DNA of 64,000 nucleotides, taken from positions 608,001 to 672,000 of the forward strand of contig CAXXDQ010000004.1 of NCBI GenBank assembly GCA_963664325.2, in the 5' to 3' direction. Below are positions 27,177 through 36,796 of this stretch, in pieces (position 1 is the first letter of the stretch; every line of letters starts with the position of its first letter). Made by a program: the position numbers and the translations under genes. The notes under the pieces are model-generated. The model had not been told where the DNA came from and made no database searches. It worked only from the letters and a program-made list of their open reading frames with translations. This DNA is from Desulfomonilia bacterium. Its GTDB lineage: Bacteria; Desulfobacterota; Desulfomonilia; UBA1062.

Positions 27177-30107
27177 ATGTCGGACAGATCGTGGCGGTAT
27201 TACCGGCTGAAGGCAATAATCATCGCAGTGATAGCCTTATCATACACAGCGGTATTCATTGGATGCTCTGAGTCCTCGAATTCCGCTCCATCACCATCAC
27301 CATCGGTTCCGAGCATCCTCGTAAACGGCCGTCAGATCACGCCGGCAGGCGTGACAAGCGGTCCGGTTGGCAATATGCCGCTCAACATAGTTTTAAGTCC
27401 CGACGGCAGATATGCCATCACGACATCCAGCTGCCTGAATGTGTATCTGAGCACGTTGAGGGTTAGCGACGGCGCTGTCATAAGCTCGCTCTCCTTCCCT
27501 GCAGATGATCCGAGCATACCAAACGGCGGACTCTTTTACGGTCTGGTATTCGATCCCACGCCCCATAACGGCGCATACACGCTCTATGCTTCACAGGGAG
27601 CGTTCGGATGCGTTGCCGTGCTGAGTCTTGCAAGTGATGGAACGCTGACGCAGACAGGCAATATCCCCGATCCCGCAAGCCGCCCTAATCCCTATGAACC
27701 CGTTGACCAGCCTGCGGGTATCGCCTTTGCGAACGGGAACATCTTCATGGCAAATTACTTTTCCATCACTCTGGGCGCCCCCTGGCAACCGGCTTCCACG
27801 CTCTCCATTTACCCTGCAAGCGGTAGCGACACAGCGCTTGGAAGATACACTTTCACGGATGCTGCAAACACGAATACCCCGAGTTTCCCCTATGCAGTAG
27901 TCGCAAAATCCGACGGGACAAGGGCCTATGTCGCGAGCCAGCGTGACGGCTGCGTATATATTCTCAATACCGCCAATCCGGGCAGCATTACCCCGGCCTC
28001 GAAAATATCCAACCTCTGCCAGCCATCGGCGCTGCTGCTCAATAAAGCGCAGAACCTTTTGTATATAGCCAATGCCGGAAGCGATACCATTACTGTTGCC
28101 GATGTCAGCAGCAATACGGTCCAGGTAAAGGCCACGGTGCTGCTCAGGCCAAGTAATGTCAGCAATCTCCCGGGCGTTTCTCCTTCGGGCCTTGCGCTTT
28201 CGCCGGACGAGAAAACCCTTTATGCATCGCTGGGAGACTTCAATGCGGTCGGCGTCATCGATACTCAGACGAACCTTTTGAAGGGCTACATACCGGTTGG
28301 CTGGTATCCGACGGCCGTTGCCGCTTCTTCCGACGGTAATGCGCTGCTGGTTACCAACGGATGGGGAACAAAGGCCATGAATCCCAATCCCGGCTTGGAC
28401 TATCTCAATCCCGACGTTGTGGGCATCAATTTTACCCCACCTATCCCGGAATGGCTGTCGCCTCCGGGCCCCGACTATGTTTTGAATTCAATTCCCGGCA
28501 ACGTCTCCCGGATCGATCTGACCCAGGCGATTCCCAATCTTTCTCAATCAACGGCCCAGGTGATCGAGAACAACCAGAACACGGTAGCGATGGGAAGCGC
28601 ATACAATGAAAAGCTGGCTTCCATCGGCATCAGATCGGGCAAGATCAAACACGTTATCTATATCATAAAGGAGAATCGCGGCTACGATCAGGTCCTGGGC
28701 GACCTTCCTCAGGGAAACGGGGACCCGTCGCTGACACTCTACGGCCGCGAGATCACCCCTAATCAGCATGCACTAGCGGAGCGCTTCATCCTCCTCGACA
28801 ACTTCTACAACAACGCGCCTGTCAGCGGCGAAGGCTGGATATGGTGCACTCAAAGCACGGCAAATGCGTATACAATAAAAAGTATCCCATACATATACCA
28901 GCTCTCGCTTGCGACATACCAGATCAATTACACCTTCGAAGGGCAGACGAACGGCTACATCACCGGCGGTTTTCCGGCACAGGATCAGGATGGAAACTGG
29001 CTGTCCTATACCCATCAGGCCGCTCCAAGCATTCCGAACGTCGTCGAGTCGCCCGGCGGATATATCTGGGACGGCGTCAAGGCTGCCGGACTGTCTTACC
29101 GTAACTACGGCTTCCTGCTGTCAGGCGGGGCCTCTTCGGAGCTGGGTGTTGTAACTCCGGATAACTATCCCACGGTGGCCGGTCTTTGCCCTCCGGGACA
29201 TATTCCGACTCCAGAGGGTCAGTTTCCCGGATCAACCGACTATGACTTCCGCAAGTTCGATTTCAACTATGCCGACAGCGACGCCTGGGTGAAGATGGGC
29301 TATGTCGCCACTTCCCTGGGATTGACGACCGGAGGTCCGGACCATCCGGGATACTACTCGTCTCTGAATTCGCCCATAGATCCGCAGCCAAGCCGTTTCA
29401 CCGAGTGGAACCGCGAGTTTCAGACAATGCTGGCAATGGACCCCACCGGCGATACTGTTCCTGCTTTCATGACCGTGCGCTTCGGGCGCGACCATACCAT
29501 GGGGCTGAACCCCGGCAACCAATCTCCCAAGGCAATGATGGCAGACAATGACTACGCTGTGGGCGAGCTGGTGGAAGCTGTGAGCAACAGCCCCATCTGG
29601 ACAAGCACGGTGATCTTCATCATAGAAGATGACGCCCAGTTCAGCCCGGATCATGTCGATACGCATCGCTCATTCTGCCAGGTAATCAGCCCCTGGATCA
29701 AAGAAGGGACAGTGGATTCCCATTTCTACGACACTAACAGCGTGCTCAAAAGCATAGAGCTTCTGCTCGGGTTGTCTCCAATGAGCCAGTACGACCACTT
29801 CGCAAATCCCATCATGGGGGGGTGGGACAGCGCTCCGGACAACGATGACCCATACGCTGCCATCCTCCCGCCGCGGGATATCATCGGCAAGATGAACTCA
29901 GGAGCATCTTCATATGCAGCAGGTGATCCCCGAAGGCGATTGGCTAAGCTATCAACCCAGATGAACTGGAGCGTTGCCGACGCCGTTCCCTACAAGATTC
30001 TCAATGAAATCCTCTGGAAGGATGCAAAGGGCGTAAACTCAAAAGTGCCGGAGCTGCGGGCCAGTTCGATAAATGTTCCCGAAGCCCAGATTGATGACGA
30101 CGATTGA
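27177..30107 (+). CDS. Lipoprotein with YVTN/YncE beta-propeller fused to a phosphoesterase (alkaline phosphatase superfamily)
   Basis: Lipobox FIGC; propeller repeats (LSPDG, IPVGWYP); KHVIYIIKENRGYDQVLGD, DHT, ADNDYAVG, EDDAQ..DHVD.HRS. Confidence 0.88.
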   Translation: MSDRSWRYYRLKAIIIAVIALSYTAVFIGCSESSNSAPSPSPSVPSILVNGRQITPAGVTSGPVGNMPLNIVLSPDGRYAITTSSCLNVYLSTLRVSDGAVISSLSFPADDPSIPNGGLFYGLVFDPTPHNGAYTLYASQGAFGCVAVLSLASDGTLTQTGNIPDPASRPNPYEPVDQPAGIAFANGNIFMANYFSITLGAPWQPASTLSIYPASGSDTALGRYTFTDAANTNTPSFPYAVVAKSDGTRAYVASQRDGCVYILNTANPGSITPASKISNLCQPSALLLNKAQNLLYIANAGSDTITVADVSSNTVQVKATVLLRPSNVSNLPGVSPSGLALSPDEKTLYASLGDFNAVGVIDTQTNLLKGYIPVGWYPTAVAASSDGNALLVTNGWGTKAMNPNPGLDYLNPDVVGINFTPPIPEWLSPPGPDYVLNSIPGNVSRIDLTQAIPNLSQSTAQVIENNQNTVAMGSAYNEKLASIGIRSGKIKHVIYIIKENRGYDQVLGDLPQGNGDPSLTLYGREITPNQHALAERFILLDNFYNNAPVSGEGWIWCTQSTANAYTIKSIPYIYQLSLATYQINYTFEGQTNGYITGGFPAQDQDGNWLSYTHQAAPSIPNVVESPGGYIWDGVKAAGLSYRNYGFLLSGGASSELGVVTPDNYPTVAGLCPPGHIPTPEGQFPGSTDYDFRKFDFNYADSDAWVKMGYVATSLGLTTGGPDHPGYYSSLNSPIDPQPSRFTEWNREFQTMLAMDPTGDTVPAFMTVRFGRDHTMGLNPGNQSPKAMMADNDYAVGELVEAVSNSPIWTSTVIFIIEDDAQFSPDHVDTHRSFCQVISPWIKEGTVDSHFYDTNSVLKSIELLLGLSPMSQYDHFANPIMGGWDSAPDNDDPYAAILPPRDIIGKMNSGASSYAAGDPRRRLAKLSTQMNWSVADAVPYKILNEILWKDAKGVNSKVPELRASSINVPEAQIDDDD

Positions 30108-30131
30108 TTTCCTGTGTGAAGCTGATATTTC

Positions 30132-30165
30132 ATTTCTTTTCCAGGCCGGAGCTTGGAAAAGAAAT
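30132..30165. terminator. Bidirectional intrinsic terminator
   Basis: ATTTCTTTTCCAGGC-CGGA-GCTTGGAAAAGAAAT between convergent genes. Confidence 0.7.
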
Positions 30166-30201
30166 AAGGCAGCTATTTGGTTTTAAATATCAGCCTTCAG
30201 G

Positions 30202-31581
30202 TTAATTATGGAAAACGCAGTCCTGTCGCACGCCGGCATTGATGAAGGCCTTGAACTGGTCATAGGGGCAATCGTAGACGTTTCCGCATGCCGGGATTGA
30301 AAGCTGAATGCGCTGGGGGGGATTTTGCAGTGAAAGCGTTGTGCTGTAGCGCATCTGGTCCAGGGACGCTATCACGTAGAAAAGCCTGACAATGAGCTGT
30401 CCCGTCTCTCTGACCCTGTGGAGTTCAAAGACGAGCGCGCCGGCCGGGCCCGGATCGTTCTGCTGGAAACCATCCGCCTTCCATGTCACGCCGCCCAGAA
30501 ATGCCGCTATGGCCATGAGGTTCTCGTCGTGAGCGACAAACAGCGTGAACTTGCTCTCAGCCGGTGCGAGCATGTCCGGATTCTTCACGCCGGTCAGCGC
30601 CTGATCCATGGTCCCCTCCACCTGATTCATCAGGTTCGTCGAGCCAACCTGAGCATACGACGGGAGGCTGCAGGACAGGCCCATGTTCATCACGTGAAGC
30701 CTGGTCATATCGTACAGGCCGCCCGAAGGAATCGCTCCCCAGCCTACACACGGCGACCCTGGTGTCGCCAAACAGCCTGTCTCGGGCATTCCCTGCGCGT
30801 ATTCAAGTTCAAACGTTTCGGTTACGGTATCTGCAACGTAGAACAGGGTTCCGCTCGCGAACCCTACAGATCCGGACGTCGTTACCGTCGTGGCAAGGTC
30901 CAGCAGCGAGCAGTCTTCCGAGGATCCGCAGGCTGAAGGCTTACAGCACCGGGTAACCTCCTGAAGCATATCAAGCTGGGAGGAGTATGTATTGATAAGC
31001 GAGGCGACGCTGCCGATCCTGGCATTGAACGCTGCAAGGTCCGCCTCGGTATCGATCGAACATATCCCGGCTGCCTGCGTGGCTATGTAGGGGTCAATGG
31101 GTACTGGTCCGTTCCAGTGATTGACCTGAACACCGCAGTCGGAAGATTCTTCGGACTGGAAAAGCCCGTACACATAACCCTGCGCAGTATTCATCGTTCT
31201 TTCTGCGACATCCGCATAGACGAAGACCGTTCCCTGAGCAGGACACGTCCCCCTCGGCGGAAGGAGTCCCTGTGCTGCATAATATTCGCGATACCATACG
31301 CCCAGCAGGCTTGCATTATGGAACCCCACGGATGAGAGATATCCGGGGACAACAGCAGGGGCAGGCCACAACGGGAAACCTTCTGAGCGCAGGGTATACA
31401 TTTCTATATTGTCGGAAGTGGGAGACCTGATCCCATGGCGGCTTATTGCTACCACTGACAGAAGGTCGGTGTCGGGGCCGTTATTTTGAGAAGAAGAGGA
31501 TGAAGAACTGCAGCCTGTTGCCGTCATAAGGGAGCAGTAGAAAATAATTAAACAAAATCCGATGACTGGGGAACGCTTCAT
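30202..31581 (-). CDS. Lipoprotein histidine acid phosphatase (phytase/AppA/Agp-like)
   Basis: RHGIRSP (RHGxRxP) and AHD motifs; lipobox ATGC plus Ser linker; SD AAAGGAG before 31581. Confidence 0.9.
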   Translation of the reverse strand: MKRSPVIGFCLIIFYCSLMTATGCSSSSSSSQNNGPDTDLLSVVAISRHGIRSPTSDNIEMYTLRSEGFPLWPAPAVVPGYLSSVGFHNASLLGVWYREYYAAQGLLPPRGTCPAQGTVFVYADVAERTMNTAQGYVYGLFQSEESSDCGVQVNHWNGPVPIDPYIATQAAGICSIDTEADLAAFNARIGSVASLINTYSSQLDMLQEVTRCCKPSACGSSEDCSLLDLATTVTTSGSVGFASGTLFYVADTVTETFELEYAQGMPETGCLATPGSPCVGWGAIPSGGLYDMTRLHVMNMGLSCSLPSYAQVGSTNLMNQVEGTMDQALTGVKNPDMLAPAESKFTLFVAHDENLMAIAAFLGGVTWKADGFQQNDPGPAGALVFELHRVRETGQLIVRLFYVIASLDQMRYSTTLSLQNPPQRIQLSIPACGNVYDCPYDQFKAFINAGVRQDCVFHN

Positions 31582-31720
31582 GGAAGCTCCTTTCAATGTT
31601 CTTTCAACGCAACAGTAAAAATAGAAACCATATCTTAAAATCAGTGCCTGGAACTGCAAGCCCCAATCCCTGATTGAGGCATTTTCCGCAAGTATGTCAG
31701 GGTCATTGTTGTTATTCAGA

Positions 31721-31748
31721 TATTCGGCATTTTTTTAAAGCTACTTGA
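31721..31748 (-). promoter_or_regulatory. Putative sigma28-type promoter
   Basis: Minus strand TCAA-N16-GCCGAATA upstream of the phosphatase gene. Confidence 0.55.
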
Positions 31749-31858
31749 GGATCGAGGGATCAGGAATACTCGGAGTGTCCATTAAAATATGACTTTCCTG
31801 TTTTAAAAGACACCTTCAGGCAGGGGAGAGCTTCTGGTAATCAGGTTACATTTTCATC

Positions 31859-33196
31859 TCATTGTTTTTCCATTTTCTCCGCGCGGTTTTTCAGCAGTTC
31901 ATTCAGAGCCGCCTCATCCTTTGGGAAAGTAAGTGTCATGAACAGTATGATAATGCCGCAGAGAAGCCAGAAGCAATTGGCGATGTTGAATGCCCAGACC
32001 CTTCCGAATGCAACGATGAGCATGCTTATGATAACCGGGCCGAATCCTTTGCCGAGATCGTCGGTCAGATTGAAAAGCGAGAAAATCGATCCCCTTGTTT
32101 CCGGGGAGTTCACGTTCAGAACGATTGCCTTTGTATTCGGACCGGTAATAGCCACTATGAAACCTGTTATGAAGCCTACAATTACAGGGATTATATAGGC
32201 CGGGTTGTGAACGCCTGCCTGTGACGGATAGTTAAGCAGCAGCGCCATCGGGATCACACCCGCTATTGTGGTTGTACCGCAGAGCAGGGGAAGGTATTTC
32301 GGATTTTTTTTGTAAACTTTATTTCCTATCAGTCCGCCTGCAAATCCTCCGAGGATTGCGCCTGCACCCACAACCATAACGATCAGCGTAGCCGCCGCAA
32401 CGCTGAACCCCTTTTCCTGCGAATAGAAATCATTGAGATAAATGAAGAACACTCCCCACGGGATAGTGCCGGGAATTCCTTCAAGGAATATAAGAAGATT
32501 TGTCCTTATCCTGAACATGTCCTTGTAGACATTCCAGTTTATCTTTGCCGTGTAGGCTTTGCCGCTTTCGATAAGCTCTTTGAGACTGTCTTCGGTCCTG
32601 CCGCGGGCCGGTTCCTTTACTGAGAACCAGAAGACCAGTATGAATATGAAGTTTGGGACTCCGACAAGAATAAAGGGCAACCTCCATCCATAAGCAGGCC
32701 CGATCATTCCGGCAAGCAGCTGTCCGGCGGCAATACCCAGGCCTTGAGCCAGTGATATCCACCCGGCCGCCGCTGCCCTGCTGTTATGTGAGAAGTAATC
32801 GCCTATCAGGGAATATGTAAGCGGCAGGGCGCCTCCAATTGCAATACCGGTAAGCGCCCTGAGCCAGAAAAGCTGTGTATAGTTTTGCGCCAAACCGGTA
32901 AGTATGCATGGTATCTCACCCAGGATAATCGTTGCAATGAACAGGTTCTTCCTTGATATCAGGTCGGTAAGATATCCTATTCCCAAGGTGACAAGACCCC
33001 CTATTACCCAGAACATGAATGAGATGTTGCCGCCAAGTTTAACGTCGCGCTCGTTCGGGGAAAAGCCGAAATCGTTCGCAATCTGTGTAAGGTTAGGGGC
33101 CATGAGGTTCTGGTCAGCAAAAAGGAAAAACCCGATCAATGCTATAAGCACCACTGAATACAGTTCGCCTTTTTCAAATCTTCCTTTATTCCGCAT
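31859..33196 (-). CDS. MFS transporter (Spinster-like)
   Basis: ADQNLMAP, GYLTDLISRK motif A, SLIGDYF, GWRLPF, KEPARG; about 12 hydrophobic segments. Confidence 0.88.
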   Translation of the reverse strand: MRNKGRFEKGELYSVVLIALIGFFLFADQNLMAPNLTQIANDFGFSPNERDVKLGGNISFMFWVIGGLVTLGIGYLTDLISRKNLFIATIILGEIPCILTGLAQNYTQLFWLRALTGIAIGGALPLTYSLIGDYFSHNSRAAAAGWISLAQGLGIAAGQLLAGMIGPAYGWRLPFILVGVPNFIFILVFWFSVKEPARGRTEDSLKELIESGKAYTAKINWNVYKDMFRIRTNLLIFLEGIPGTIPWGVFFIYLNDFYSQEKGFSVAAATLIVMVVGAGAILGGFAGGLIGNKVYKKNPKYLPLLCGTTTIAGVIPMALLLNYPSQAGVHNPAYIIPVIVGFITGFIVAITGPNTKAIVLNVNSPETRGSIFSLFNLTDDLGKGFGPVIISMLIVAFGRVWAFNIANCFWLLCGIIILFMTLTFPKDEAALNELLKNRAEKMEKQ

Positions 33197-33232
33197 GATT
33201 CGTCTCCATCAGAAATATTTAAGCTGAAAAGG

Positions 33233-34498
33233 TCATGCCGGTGTCCAGTATGGCCTGTATTTCCTGACGATTTCTTCTGTTATTCCGTTCGCGCCGGCGA
33301 TCTCGCCGAACATCTCGCCGCTTGGTTTGACAGTCCTGGTCTTTTCCGGTTTTGAATGGTCGACATGGATCAAACCGAATCTGGCGTCGAGCCCCTCGGT
33401 GTATTCGAAGTTGTCCATTGTGCTCCAGTGGCAGTAGCCTTCAATACCGACGCCGTCCCGAACGGCCCTGTGCATCTGGTTTACATGATCGAGTATGAAA
33501 CCGGGTCTCATCTCGTCGTTGTCATCACAAACTCCGTTTTCAGTGACGAGAATGGGAAGATGGTACATGTCCCAGAACCGTTTCAGCACCTCGTAAAAGC
33601 CTTCCGGGTCGATGTCCCAGCCGAGCTTGTTTTTGGCGAACCTGTCGTCAGGAACCGTTTCGTTGAAGAATTTTATCCTGTCGGATGAATAATAATTGAT
33701 GCAGAAAAGGTCGATTGTCTTAGATCTCCTGTTGATCTTTTCAAGAAAGTCAAGGTTGATTATCCTGTCGCGCAGCCTGGCGGCAAATATGTCAAACGGG
33801 CTTTTCGGATTATTCGGCCTTACTGGCCTTACATGGTGAGCAAAGCCCACTCTGGGGACTCCCCAGCCCTTTTTTGAAAAAGTCTCATGAATGGTCTCAT
33901 AAGCAGCGACATGCGCTTTGGCCATATTGGCAGCGCACTTGAACATAAGCCTCATGCTGAATGTCTGCGGGGGGAAAAGACCCATCATATAGGCTTCAGC
34001 CGCATATATCACGGGTTCGTTTATCGTAAGCCAGGTATCTGTCAGATCACCGAAAGATTCTATCGCTTTTTGCGCGTATTTTCTAAAATCTCCGATGACG
34101 CTTCTGTTCAGCCAGCTTCCCTTCCTGCACAGCCACAACGGATTCGAGTGGTGATGTATATCGATGACTGGCTTGATTCCTGCTGATATGACGGAAGAGA
34201 TGATTTTTCTGTAATGGCGGACGGCTTCTTCGTCGTACATGCCCTCTTCAGGTTCTATCCGCGCCCATTCGACGCTCATCCTGAATATTTTGTGGTTCAA
34301 CCGGCGCATAATCTCGATATATTCATTATAATATTCCCAGAAACCCACTGCGTCGGCTGCGCTGCTGCCGTCCTTGACCTTTCCCGGACCGGACATTGCG
34401 CTCCAGTCGTTTTTAATGCGGCCGCCTTCGGTCTGAAAGGCGGAAATCGCGCTGCCCCATAAAAAGCCTTGCGGGAAAATCATATCGATCGGTTTCAT
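33233..34498 (-). CDS. Glycoside hydrolase family 1 beta-glycosidase
   Basis: FPQGFLWGSAISAFQTEG, TINEP (acid/base), VTENG (nucleophile), WSTMDNFE. Confidence 0.93.
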   Translation of the reverse strand: MKPIDMIFPQGFLWGSAISAFQTEGGRIKNDWSAMSGPGKVKDGSSAADAVGFWEYYNEYIEIMRRLNHKIFRMSVEWARIEPEEGMYDEEAVRHYRKIISSVISAGIKPVIDIHHHSNPLWLCRKGSWLNRSVIGDFRKYAQKAIESFGDLTDTWLTINEPVIYAAEAYMMGLFPPQTFSMRLMFKCAANMAKAHVAAYETIHETFSKKGWGVPRVGFAHHVRPVRPNNPKSPFDIFAARLRDRIINLDFLEKINRRSKTIDLFCINYYSSDRIKFFNETVPDDRFAKNKLGWDIDPEGFYEVLKRFWDMYHLPILVTENGVCDDNDEMRPGFILDHVNQMHRAVRDGVGIEGYCHWSTMDNFEYTEGLDARFGLIHVDHSKPEKTRTVKPSGEMFGEIAGANGITEEIVRKYRPYWTPA

Positions 34499-34508
34499 TT
34501 ACACTCCG

Positions 34509-35624
34509 TCAATCGCTGTTGCGCGCTAAAATCCTGGCCGGATTCAGGGTGGTCAGGTTTGAGATGTCCGTTTCCTGGATACCGGCCTCTCTGAGCACCG
34601 GGACGACATATCCGGTGAGCCTGCAATAGCCTTCGCCGCCGCACCTCCTTGTCATCAGCTTCAGGTATACGTCCGTTCCCAGGACAATCTGCCGGGAATA
34701 CCCGGCCTTGACAAGTTCGATAAGCCCGGCAAGCCTCTGCCAGTCACTGGTGATGATCTCGCCTATCGGTTCGGTGTCGTAGCAGTGTCCGAACGAGTCG
34801 ATCGATATGTTGAAGCCCTTGTCAAGAAGATGCTTAGCCAGGCTGACATCGAGCCTCCATGATGAGGGATCGGTTACCAGTGTCATGAGCTTTTGGGAGA
34901 CGAAGAATAGCTCCTGATGTGCGATCACGGTTTTTGCCGGATTGACGCCTTCATTGAGCATGAAATCCGCCACCTCGACAACGCGCTCCCTGAAATCGAG
35001 AGGGGGATGAACACTAAGAGCAAAGCCCGTATCGTTTGACACCCTGACCGCACCCTTCAGCATGGCTTTCTGGCGGTCGCTGAAGGGGGTGACGGAAAAT
35101 GCACCGCTGTCTGTTATTGCGGCCTTGACATGTCCCGCTTTAATATCCTTGCCGTCGATGCCGTATTTTATTTCTTCTTTCATGAAATTTTCAAAATCGA
35201 CGGCGTTATATCCGCAAAACCTTTCCGGCCAGGAATCTTCAGCATAAAAACCGGTCGAGGCTATTATATGCAGCCCCGATTTTTCAGAAATGCGTCTGAC
35301 TGCCTCAATGTCCGTGCGCAGACCGGTAACGCTCATGTCGACGATGGCCCTGCCGCCTGATTTTGCAAAGTCGGCGGCCTCGGCCGTAAATAAATCCTCG
35401 TCATTCATGTCCAGGACATCCCGGCTGAGAATTACGGCATGCTTCAGTATGTGAAGGTTGGAGAGCCTGATGGGATCGTCATAAGAAACGGGCAATTCGG
35501 ATGGAAGAAAGGCCTCGTACCTGCGCCTGAACATGGTCATGTCGCATACGGTGTGTTCGTGCATGGATGTGAAGCCGAGTTCTTCGGGCCGGATGTTTCC
35601 AAGGACTGTAGTGATATAAGACAT
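34509..35624 (-). CDS. Phosphotriesterase-related lactonase (amidohydrolase)
   Basis: ITTVLG, MHEH, STGFY, GHVK, SVH, IAH, LGTD, NPARIL. Confidence 0.88.
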   Translation of the reverse strand: MSYITTVLGNIRPEELGFTSMHEHTVCDMTMFRRRYEAFLPSELPVSYDDPIRLSNLHILKHAVILSRDVLDMNDEDLFTAEAADFAKSGGRAIVDMSVTGLRTDIEAVRRISEKSGLHIIASTGFYAEDSWPERFCGYNAVDFENFMKEEIKYGIDGKDIKAGHVKAAITDSGAFSVTPFSDRQKAMLKGAVRVSNDTGFALSVHPPLDFRERVVEVADFMLNEGVNPAKTVIAHQELFFVSQKLMTLVTDPSSWRLDVSLAKHLLDKGFNISIDSFGHCYDTEPIGEIITSDWQRLAGLIELVKAGYSRQIVLGTDVYLKLMTRRCGGEGYCRLTGYVVPVLREAGIQETDISNLTTLNPARILARNSD

Positions 35625-35628
35625 GCGC

Positions 35629-36771
35629 TTACACCTTCACCCATACGCCTTTTTTATTGGATTCGACAACGGCTTTTAAGATGCGCATTTCTTCAGCACC
35701 GGTTTCGAACGTCGGACGGGGGACCGGCCTGTCGGCCCTTTCTTTCCCGAGCCGGACATCATCATAGAAATCCCTGAAGAGGTTAAGCACGGCATCATGG
35801 TAGCCCAACGGATGCCCGGCAGGCAGGGTAGCATAACCTGATGCGGCCGGATTCATTAAGGACGGGTTTTCAATCAGAATCTCGTTCGGGGTATCTCTGT
35901 GGCCTATCCAGAGCTTGTTCGTCTCGGCGTGATCCCAGGCCAGGGAATATCCGGATGCGTTTATCATGAACTCGGGAGCGGATTTTACGCCATTGACAGT
36001 CTGGCATGCAGTGAAGGTTCCGGGAGCGCCGTTGTCAAGCCTGAACATGACAGCCGCGTATTCTTCGAGCGCAACATTCACCTCTTCGAATTCGCTTGAG
36101 GTTGATGATTCGAAGGCTATCACCTGGTTTTTAGGCTTACGCCTCACCGGGATTATTGTAGCGAAGTCGGCCATAACGTCGGTTATTTTCAGCCCTGTAG
36201 CAAACTGGATGAGGTCGAACCAATGGCTTCCGAGGTCGCCTGCAATATTGGAATTTCCTGACTGTGCTTCTTCAAGTCTCCATGTCCAGTCCGATGCTTT
36301 TGAAAGCCAGTCCTGGAACCATGTTCCTGAAACCATCCTGACAGTACCTGCATCGCCGCTCTTTATGCGCAAGGCAGCCTCGATGACGGATGGATAATAC
36401 CTGTAGCAGAAATTGACCCCGGTAATCGTGCCTTTTAGGCGGGCCAGATCGGTTAGTTCCTCCGCCTCTTCAAGTTTCATGGCAAGGGGTTTTTCGCTCA
36501 TAATGCTCTTGCCTGCCTTGACGGCGGCTTTGCTCATTTCAAAGTGCATGCAGTTTGGCGAGCAGATGTGGACTGCATCGACCGAGGGATCGTTTACCGC
36601 TTCCTTCCAGTCTTTATAGACTTTTTCTATGCCGAATCTGGAAGCGGCGCTTTCAGCCAGTTTCATGTTCGCATCACAGACGCCCTTGACGTTAACATCT
36701 CCGAGACGGCGCAAGGCCTCGATATGAATGGGTCCGATATAACCGGTTCCGATTACTGCGACTGTTATCAT
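35629..36771 (-). CDS. Gfo/Idh/MocA oxidoreductase
   Basis: VAVIGTGYIG, ICSPN..H, EKPLA, FQDW, DLGSHWFD. Confidence 0.92.
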   Translation of the reverse strand: MITVAVIGTGYIGPIHIEALRRLGDVNVKGVCDANMKLAESAASRFGIEKVYKDWKEAVNDPSVDAVHICSPNCMHFEMSKAAVKAGKSIMSEKPLAMKLEEAEELTDLARLKGTITGVNFCYRYYPSVIEAALRIKSGDAGTVRMVSGTWFQDWLSKASDWTWRLEEAQSGNSNIAGDLGSHWFDLIQFATGLKITDVMADFATIIPVRRKPKNQVIAFESSTSSEFEEVNVALEEYAAVMFRLDNGAPGTFTACQTVNGVKSAPEFMINASGYSLAWDHAETNKLWIGHRDTPNEILIENPSLMNPAASGYATLPAGHPLGYHDAVLNLFRDFYDDVRLGKERADRPVPRPTFETGAEEMRILKAVVESNKKGVWVKV

Positions 36772-36796
36772 ACTGACATGTCTCCCGGAAATAAAT

